Shown here piece by piece: positions 12,501-22,729 of a stretch of 64,000 bases of DNA. The notes beneath the pieces are model-generated. The model saw only the letters and a list, made by a program, of their open reading frames with translations. It had not been told where the DNA came from and searched no databases. Source of the DNA: Macrostomum hystrix (Eukaryota > Animalia > Platyhelminthes); the NCBI GenBank assembly GCA_950097015.1, contig CATNEN010000012.1:2914001-2978000 (forward strand). The letters are read 5' to 3'. How positions within the stretch are numbered: the stretch's first letter is position 1; the number at the start of each line of letters is the position of its first letter. Made by a program: the position numbers and the translations under genes.

Positions 12501-13118
12501 ATAAAAAGCTAGCTTTTTCTTTAATTGTGCTTTAAAACAAAGATAGGCTCTATATGATAACAGAGCAAAAAAACAATTACAGGTTTCAAATACAGGTTTC
12601 TTTTTTGAATCAAAGAGTTTTTTGCAAAGTATGGCATATATTGGTGCTATTGGCTGTGTAGTGTGTAAATATTCATTTTTGTCACAAATCATGTGCCCTA
12701 GCATCTTGTTTCTTGCTGCACAATATAGTTTCTTTTGTTTGTGCAAGGTGCATAAGGCCTAAATTTATTTTGGTATATACTTTGCCACTTTTGACTGTCA
12801 GAGGAGTAATTATAAGGCTAGAAAACTAAAAGGACCAAAGCTGATAAAATAATGATTTTTACAATATTTTTACCTGCCTTGCCAAGGCCTGCCATATGTT
12901 TTTACATTTTCAGATGATTGTTTCAAGTGTGCATTAAAAGTAAGTTATTTGAGAAAAAGCATATTTTTCTATTCTATGGTACCCATGCAGATGTTAAAAA
13001 TGTAATTTTTTTCACCAGAATCTGAATAAAAAACATTATCTTAAGCTTGGTTATAACATACTATAACAAAACCTCTATTTAAAATTTCATTGCAGATATC
13101 TGCTCAAACTGGACCAGC

Positions 13119-13589
13119 ATGTCAACAGCTGCTAGACGCCGTTTAATGAAGGATTTACAGATGATGCAGAAGGACCCACCGCCTGGTGTTGGAGCCTGTC
13201 CCACTGACGACAACATCTTGGTTTGGAAAGCGGTCATTTTAGGCCCAGACGATACTGCCTTTGAAGGTGGCGTGTTTAAGCTGAGCATGACCTTCACAGA
13301 AGAATATCCGAACAAGCCGCCAGCTGTGAAGTTTCTAACGTCAATGTTCCACCCAAATGTGTACACAGACGGATCCATCTGTTTGGACATTCTGCAGAAT
13401 CAATGGAGCACATCGTACGATGTTCGCGCCGTTCTAACCTCGTTACAGTCGTTGCTAGGCGACCCGAATCCGCACTCGCCAGCCAATATGGCCGCCGCCG
13501 AACTGTTCACTAACAACTGTAGAGAGTACACTGAACGGGTGCGACGGATTGTCGAAGACTCTTGGCGTTACAGGGACGACAAATTGTGA
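13119..13589 (+). CDS. UBE2A: Ubiquitin-conjugating enzyme E2, Rad6/UBE2A-B-like, intronless and diverged, 156 aa
   Basis: [11 protein letters not shown]-terminus, [14 protein letters not shown], catalytic Cys in [18 protein letters not shown]; single uninterrupted ORF. Symbol denotes family similarity; orthology not established. Confidence 0.88.
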   Translation: MSTAARRRLMKDLQMMQKDPPPGVGACPTDDNILVWKAVILGPDDTAFEGGVFKLSMTFTEEYPNKPPAVKFLTSMFHPNVYTDGSICLDILQNQWSTSYDVRAVLTSLQSLLGDPNPHSPANMAAAELFTNNCREYTERVRRIVEDSWRYRDDKL

Positions 13590-14147
13590 TGCCTTTCCTG
13601 GTTTTCGACGGCCGCTTGTGCTTCCAGTAAGCAGTGTAGATAACACAATAAAGTAACAAATGCTTTGGCAGGTTAATTTCTTGCTGGTTTGTACTATTGA
13701 TGTACAATTATAGCTTATATAGTTTAATTATTACTCCATATTTAAGCAGTAATTCCCATTGTCATTCTAAAGCTATGTATAGTTAGCAATGTATTGTGAA
13801 TAATGTCACAGTTTGTATTCTGTGTAAAAAACATTAATGGTAATGGCGATAATAGACGCATCACAGCTGCAGTTGAAGTCACTTTAGTTAGCTGCTAATG
13901 TAGACAAATAAATAATCAAGTCGTTTTAACTTACATTTTTAATGAACTGTTTCCGTTTATTTTATTACTATTGTACTAGTAGCTCTAGCTAAGGATCTAC
14001 GCAGTCAAAATATGTTTTACATTTTAACTTGTTAATATAACGGTACAGTGAAGATATTTGTACATAAGATAAATACGTGCTATTTAAACACTGCGATTAG
14101 GTAGATAAGGCATTATACAGACGATAGTCCTGATAATAAAAAAGTGT

Positions 14148-14702
14148 TTATGGGTCTGGATAGCACTGCGCAGCTAGCACATAGGTCTCAACTTCGTACA
14201 AGTCTAATCTCTTTGCGCTGTAGTTCTCGTCTATCATGCTTATAACGAACACTGGGCGCTCCTTCACCAGGCAGTTTTGGTCTTGAATAGCCTCCTTATC
14301 GCAGACTGTGTGATCAGGCAGCTGCTCCCTGCAGTGGTAGTCGCCGCTGTTGCCAAGCTGCTGCTTGTCAGTCTCCATCTCGTGGTTGAATCGCTGCCAG
14401 CTAGCCGGGTCCTTGAACCTGACCGCCACCGCGTACACTCTGCAGTACTTGTGCACTGTTGTCGGCACTCGCACAGTGTAGCTATCGGGGTTCGACTTCT
14501 CCAGCTGGCTGCACCAGGCGTGATAGACGCGGACTTTCCTCTTTGGCCGCCTGCTGGTAGCCTCCTCGTTGAGTTGGAAGAGAAAGCAGGCCACTTGATT
14601 GCCGAAGCTGTACCGCACGCTAGCTGCAGCAGTGCACTCGTACCGGTCGTTTAGTTTTCTCATGTAGGTCTCCGAGTTGCTAATCACGACGAATGAAAGC
14701 AT
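14148..14702 (-). CDS. Uncharacterised protein A (184 aa), paralog of 17026-17517
   Basis: GC-rich ORF aligning along most of its length with ORF B (YHAWC..LEK, VHK.CRVYAVAVRFKDP, W.RF..ME.D, GDYH); differences in the core are mostly synonymous. Confidence 0.75.
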   Translation of the reverse strand: MLSFVVISNSETYMRKLNDRYECTAAASVRYSFGNQVACFLFQLNEEATSRRPKRKVRVYHAWCSQLEKSNPDSYTVRVPTTVHKYCRVYAVAVRFKDPASWQRFNHEMETDKQQLGNSGDYHCREQLPDHTVCDKEAIQDQNCLVKERPVFVISMIDENYSAKRLDLYEVETYVLAAQCYPDP

Positions 14703-14960
14703 GATAATTATTCCAAGGCGTGGTTAAGCGGATCGCCATCGGATTCCCCGTCGCAAAGCCGATCTTGTTGTCTTTGCGCCGGTGGCCGCCAAGACTTTGC
14801 CTAGGCTGGTGGCGGCGCGGTCTACATTAGGGTGCCTTCGCCACTGATAGAATCTCCGCTGTTTGAACTGGCGTCAACTTTCCAACGCTTTTTAAACCTC
14901 TAGCAGCCCCTCTGAGCCACGCCTGCCGGCCTTAGCAACCTTGGTTCGGCCATACCCGAA

Positions 14961-15388
14961 GCTATTCACAAATATGGCGCGTCTGACAACGTGCCGCTTC
15001 TTCGGTTCCGATCTCTGCGTCGACTGGACAAAGGCTCCGCATCCTAACCGCGCATTCCAGACAGGGCCGACGGAGTCGGCGCGCGCAGAGGCGCGAAGCG
15101 GACGACTGTCCAGCTGACTGCGGCACTTGTGCGCACATCCTGCCCGCTAATGTGCCAGATAAATCCATGGCTTGGCCGGAGCGGGCAGGAGGTGCGCGCG
15201 AATGCTGCAGTCGGCTGACCAGTCGTCCGCCTCTCGCCTCTGACTTGGCGTCGCTAGTTTTCTTTAACAACGCGCCGGTCCGCGGCTCCTGCAGGAATGC
15301 GGGTTAGGCTCGGAGCTCTAGGCCAGCCGACGCGGAGACCGAAGCTGAAAAAGCGACCGTTGGCAGACGCGCCATATTTGAGAATAGC
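14961..15388. repeat. ~430-bp imperfect GC-rich inverted repeat (foldback) with 31-nt loop
   Basis: Arm matches: 14961-14985 vs 15364-15388 (24/25), 15086-15121 vs 15207-15242 (31/36), 15131-15148 vs 15180-15197 (17/18). Loop 15149-15179; 28-nt insertion in the right arm at 15243-15270. Confidence 0.9.
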
Positions 15389-17025
15389 CTGTCAGGCCGG
15401 TCACCTCTGGTCCTGGTCGACGCTTAGCCTGCGAGTGAAAAAGGATCGGACGGTTGTTCTCAGGATTTGCCATTCTATTCCAGAAAATTTTACTAAATCG
15501 CATTTGAAAATGTTAGGATAAAAAACTAAGCAGCTTACCTAGCCTTTGTAGCACAGCCATAACAGCTGTGTGCATAGTGAAAATTACAAAACGGATAAAT
15601 CAGAGGTTAATCTAAAGATTTGTGCCTGTCTGCTGCCTTGCGTTTTATACAGCCAGCCTATAGCAGAAAGCAGGCACGGGGACAGGAAAGACAAAAAAGA
15701 TAAGGCAATGGACTGAATCATTCAATCCTTAAATGTACGTACGAGTATGGGTACACTGGGCTGCTATTCTGTCTGTCCATACCATGCACACGCTTGTCCG
15801 CTGCATGCTAGCTAAACTGTACACAACTGACTACGTTGGTCTAACGTGTGCTTCCATTTCTACTCGGAAATTCCAAGTAAAATTTTGGGTTCAAAATTTC
15901 CTGGAAATGACTAGCACAAGCAAAAACTAAAGTTCTGGTCACACCATTTATTTCAGTAGTAACTCTATACCATTCTTTGACTCTTGACTCTCACGTTGAA
16001 TAACAGAAAAGCCAAAATAGAAGAGCATTTCTCAGCTCTATAGCGACGATATCTTGACTATCAGAACATAAAAGGTTGTGTTACGTTAATAGAATACCAC
16101 TTTTATCGGGTATATTTAAAAATCGAATTGTTCAACTTTGATTTGCAAAACTTGTTTATCGTACAAGTTGCTAGAACGATTTTTTGGTTACGAATGAATA
16201 ATATTCGCCCGTACACACAATAAGATCGTATGTAACAAACGCTTCAATCAATCTTTGTATCAAGCAACACACAAGAAAATTTGTGTGTAAGGAGATATGC
16301 CAAGTCTCTGCAGCCAAGTAATATCAGCAGACAGAAGAGAAAATATTGGCTAGGAAGTTATGCCGAGGTAACAGTTATCACAAGATTGGCATCGCTAAAT
16401 CGATAGCAATATTGATAGTAGTTCCTCATACAGGCCGTAAACTGTAAACACTGAAATTCTGAATTCGTAATTCTCAAAATTGCATGAAGCAAAGAGACCG
16501 ATCCATGCTTCGAACTGCAGAACGAACAAAACGCAGTGCAGATAATGGACAGGATCTGCCATTAAATTGCGAATTTACATCGAACAGATGTATTCTTAGA
16601 TTGCGAACAGGCAAGCTGTTCCAAAATTGGCAACTGCCGAAGAGAACCACTGCGAGCTCCCCCACATAAAATTATTACTCGCAGATGGCCCAAGAGTATA
16701 GTAATCTTAACAGGTATAAAATCTTATTCTTACCACGAAAACAAGGAAATCTAATTAGCGCACACAACCTCAATCGTCTTAGTCAGAAAACTGATAGATA
16801 CGTATGTATAACATAATTATGACAGGCGACAAGAGAAGAATTAAAATGTAATAACGACAGTTTTTTTCTATGGAATCGACGCGACTAAATTCTAGTAGCT
16901 GACTGGATGTGCAGACGGTGCCGCTATCGGGCGAGATAGCGGCAGCCACAAAATATTTGAAAACCCAAGTCCTAACAAACCCAGCTAGTGAGACTGCCAG
17001 TACGTGTTATCCTTAATTGGTTATT

Positions 17026-17517
17026 CTAAATATAAAATATGGTTTCTTCATCTGGAACAAACACGTGCCTACCAGTCTCGACAAGAAAAGCGACCACAAT
17101 CGTTCCGATCGTCTCGTTGTCATCGAGGCTGGGGACCTTCTCCCAGTGGTGGTAGTCGCCGCGGCTCCTTGCAGCAGCCCCGTCCTCTTCCATATCAGTC
17201 AGGAACCGCGTCCAACCGTCTCCAGGATCTTTGAACCGCACAGCCACTGCGTACACTCTGCAGTGCTTGTGCACTTTTGCCGATAGTCGCACGCGAACTC
17301 CCTTCGACGTTTTCTCCAACTCATCGCACCAGGCATGGTATAGCCAGATGTCGTCTCGTCCACGATCGTCAACGTCTCTTGTCTCACCTTCAAACTGAAA
17401 ACAGGTGAGACGCTCGTCGAAGCTCGAACTCACTTTTGCAGCTTGAGTGCAGTTGTAGTTTGCACTCAACATCATGATGTAGCTCTCACTACTGCTCATC
17501 ACCAGGCAAACCACCAT
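17026..17517 (-). CDS. Uncharacterised protein B (163 aa from the aligned ATG), paralog of 14148-14702
   Basis: ATG at 17517 (MVVCLVMSSSESY) aligns exactly with the Met of ORF A (MLSFVVISNSETY); identical 13-mer CRVYAVAVRFKDP. The ORF track's TTG start at 17676 is less likely. Confidence 0.72.
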   Translation of the reverse strand: MVVCLVMSSSESYIMMLSANYNCTQAAKVSSSFDERLTCFQFEGETRDVDDRGRDDIWLYHAWCDELEKTSKGVRVRLSAKVHKHCRVYAVAVRFKDPGDGWTRFLTDMEEDGAAARSRGDYHHWEKVPSLDDNETIGTIVVAFLVETGRHVFVPDEETIFYI

Positions 17518-17999
17518 ATCTGTTGTGGGCTCCGATAGAGGCAACGCCAGATCACCATCGTATTCCCGCAATGCAGACTCCCAGATGACGATTGGAGACT
17601 GCAGGGCCGCCAAGGTTCTTGCCTCCTTCCATAATCGAGACGATTGCGGAGGTCGGAAAGAAGATGACGCACCCAAACCAAGACGAGTCAGGCTGCGATG
17701 AGCCAGGAGACCCAGGCGACAGCCGCGCGCAGCTACATCTAACTTCGCCCTTCAGCGACACCATGCATTGGCCGACGCGAGCCCAACCGATGGGGGATTC
17801 GGGCGGACGGCGACTCCAGAAAGATTTGCTCACTGCAAGAGTGCTCTTTACAGGCATAAGGACAGAGTAGGCTGCGGCGGCTGATGCCACGATACTCCTG
17901 TCAGCGAAGGAGACTCGCCAGCTACACTGGACACACTTTGGGATGCTGACTGCGCTCTAGCCTAAAAATTGGTTGAATGAAATATGAATTTAGGGCTTC

Positions 18000-18800
18000 G
18001 TATGGCTACTGTTCCTGCTCATATTATGGCTACTGTTCCTGCTCATATTATGGCTACTGTTCCTGCTCATATTATGGCTACTGTTCCTGCTCATATTATG
18101 GCTTCTGTTCCTGCTCATATTATGGCTACTGTTCCTGCTCATATTATGGCTACTGTTCCTGCTCATATTATGGCTACTGTTCCTGCTCATATTATGGCTT
18201 CTGTTCCTGCTCATATTATGGCTACTGTTCCTGCTCATATTATGGCTACTGTTCCTGCTCATATTATGGCTACTGTTCCTGCTCATATTATGGCTTCTGT
18301 TCCTGCTCATATTATGGCTACTGTTCCTGCTCATATTATGGCTACTGTTCCTGCTCATATTATGGCTACTGTTCCTGCTCATATTATGGCTACTGTTCCT
18401 GCTCATATTATGGCTACTGTTCCTGCTCATATTATGGCTACTGTTCCTGCTCATATTATGGCTACTGTTCCTGCTCATATTATGGCTACTGTTCCTGCTC
18501 ATATTATGGCTACTGTTCCTGCTCATATTATGGCTACTGTTCCTGCTCATATTATGGCTACTGTTCCTGCTCATATTATGGCTACTGTTCCTGCTCATAT
18601 TATGGCTACTGTTCCTGCTCATATTATGGCCACTGTTCCTGCTCATATTATGGCCACTGTTCCTGCTCATATTATGGCTACTGTTCCTGCTCATATTATG
18701 GCTACTGTTCCTGCTCATATTGTGGCTACTGTTCCTGCTCACATGGCTACTGTTCCTGCTCATATTGTGGCTACTGTTCCTGCTCACATGGCTACTGCAA
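18000..18800. repeat. 24-bp minisatellite (ATGGCTACTGTTCCTGCTCATATT), ~33 copies
   Basis: Near-perfect tandem units with a few single-base variants and two 21-bp units at the 3' end. Confidence 0.97.
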
Positions 18801-19537
18801 CTGCATAACTGATTTGAAGCTGGCAAATTTTAGTAAATCGTCTTACCCATGCAGGACATCTCCGCAAGCATATTCTGCGGATGGAATGCGCAAAAATACT
18901 ACAAGTTAAGCAGAAGGTGGGCAGGAAATGCGAAAGTAGGACTATTAATACTGCAGGCTACAGTCAGGAACTCCGTGTAGCTCGTACATTTACTACCTTG
19001 TTAGTTAACAGCATAGTGTACTCAGAACTCAAGTACGCTGACTTGCTTTTAGTACCTTAATTGTTAGTCGACCACGCCCAGGTGTAGAGAGCAAAAATGT
19101 ACAGTAAAACTGTTTAGCACTAAATATATTACTCTAAGTAGTGAACTCCACAATGAATCTATCATTAGACGTGACTCAATTTAGTACCGTTTTAATCCAT
19201 AAGGAATAGAGAATCAGGAAGTCAAATAAAACTTAATTTTTTTGTTTAATGTTCGTCAAACAGTTTAGTCAAAACGCATTTTATTTGTATACTAAATGGT
19301 TACTCGGATGTGATTTATGCACATGAAACCAATCAGTAAGCTATACTCTATTTGCATAATCACATACCTTTATTGTGAGAATGCATAATTAATTTCAAAT
19401 CAAACACATGCGACACAGGAAATTACCAGATGAAATGGACGAAAAATAAACGGCCGAGCTGAGTAACAACAGCAAGAAACAGAATACGGTTAGACAAGGG
19501 AAACTTTCCAATAGTGGCTCTAATTGATACTGACGCA

Positions 19538-19673
19538 TACCCCACTCCCTCGGCGCTAATTGGCTGATGAACCGTGCTTTTATTTACACCAACCCCACTC
19601 CCTCAGAGCTAATTGGCTGATGAATCAGGTTTGCATCGACACCAACCTCACTCCCTTCACGCTAATTGGCTGA
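19538..19673. repeat. Three degenerate 53-bp direct repeats, each with an invariant GCTAATTGGCTGA (reverse CCAAT-box-like)
   Basis: Motif at 19555, 19608 and 19661, each preceded by C(C/T)CACTCCCT. Confidence 0.8.
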
Positions 19674-20104
19674 CAAATGTAACTTACAAGTACTCCCTCT
19701 GACCGAATTAATGAGCCGGACACACGCGAGCTGTAATTCTAAGATACATAGCTAAAGTCCGTCGCAAGCATAGCAACAAAAACTGAAGGTAACACATACT
19801 ACATAATTCTGGAAAGCTAAGCTGTTTTATTTGCAGAGAAGCTTCCCTGAATCCTAAAAATGTATCCGAATAACGCATGCTAGTGTGTGGGCTTACGCAA
19901 CAGATAGGAATAAGTATTTTCATCGATGGTCACTCGCTGAAAGCAAGCAAAATATAAATATGACAATAGATAACAAACACAGAATACTCACGGGTCATAA
20001 CTAAATGATTTCAGTCATACCAGCTAGAATATTAAAAACCAATAACAGAACATTACAAAATGGTATTGGATCGCCAGCAGTCCTGGAAGCTACTCGCAAC
20101 CAAT

Positions 20105-21326
<1,222 letters not shown>

Positions 21327-22620
21327 TCAGTGTGTTGTTTCCAAAGTATAAATAGTTGCCACAGCTGAAATATATTTTGTTGGGAATATTTATGTACAAG
21401 AAAAAATCATAACAAAAGTCTGATAAACTTTTATGCCTAATGATTAATATAGTAGATAGAGATAAAAATTACACTAACACAGACATGGTGTGGTCATTAA
21501 ATATTTAGGGCATCCAAATGCTTTGTGTATTGCTATTCATTATGGCTTTTATATCTAATACATTGGTGACATATTTTTATCCAAACTGGAGTAATTGGGA
21601 ATTAACAATAGTGCTAAAATAATGCAAATTGTTTTCTAAAGGCCAATATTCAAACTTTAGATTGCAAACTTAACTTTGTAAATATTTCAGCCACTTGAAC
21701 TAATAAATAATCTCTAATGTCAATGATAGGACCATGATAACATTAGACACACAAGTTTTAAGGTACTAGCTAATTGTAGGGCCTATCAGAATAGAGCAAA
21801 ACACTTAGCTCATAAAAACTAATAAGATATCCAGTACTCATATTGAATTCATTTTAATTTGAAAAACCTAAGCTACCTTACTGTAATTATAGTGATTTGA
21901 TTTGATACTATTTGAGACCTTTGATTTATAGTTGGAAATAACCAATGAAATATTTTTTTCATTCTGGTTTAAGTTATAGCGATTAGGCCTAGATATTAAC
22001 ATATAATTACTACTAAACATATAAGTAATATATATTTAGTTTTTTATATTTTAACTGTTCAATATTTTAAGTCAAAAGTGTGCCTTATACATAAATTCCA
22101 AAATTATACAACCGTTTTTACGAAGCGCATTTTATGCGCCAAATTAAAAACTACGTTAGTACTCTCACGTTTACTACTTGCAGTGTTAAAAATGCTTTAC
22201 AAAAGCAGACTTGTTTGTTTCCAGAAAAAGCAAATGAATATTGATTGGGGTGGCTGTATCAATACTGTAAAATTAAAGCAGCAGCTCATTTCACCTAAAA
22301 AACCTGGTACTTGTGCGCAGACCTAGTTTTAATACTCAATCCTGTCACGTGTCAGTATAGTGAACGCAAACATGCCGAGTTGAAGTCCAGCTGCTCTGCA
22401 GATAGGCTATAAGATTCCAATGTGTTACAATTTAAATGGTACGCATTACTCATTTCGTCTTATTTTGCAAACTGCACTGTTGGTAACTTGTGATAGCTTT
22501 CGATTTTTACTGAAGCATGATAATATTTGCTTTGCACTTGGTTTGCCTGCAATCGTTACTATACTTATAGTATGCTTTGATTTTTTAAGTAAAAAATTAT
22601 CGCACTCTCTTAACTAGACG

Positions 22621-22634
22621 GCTGTCATGACGAC
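22621..22634. promoter_or_regulatory. Candidate X-box (RFX site) ~100 bp upstream of the MDH1B ATG
   Basis: GCTGTC-AT-GACGAC (reverse GTCGTC-AT-GACAGC), a near-palindrome resembling GTTGTC-AT-GACAAC. Confidence 0.35.
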
Positions 22635-22729
22635 TTCCAAGAAACCAAACAGACAATTTATTTGTCGATCGCTATTATTACTTTAAGATCATCCTCTGCG
22701 CTAAATAATTCCTGTGTGGCCGCTGCCTA

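Noticed and set aside
9790-12746. Small ORFs between the annexin and the E2 gene, and similar ones at 15733-16669, 19708-19923 and 22078-22617
   Set aside because: No recognisable domains, AT-rich low-complexity composition and no coherent exon chain
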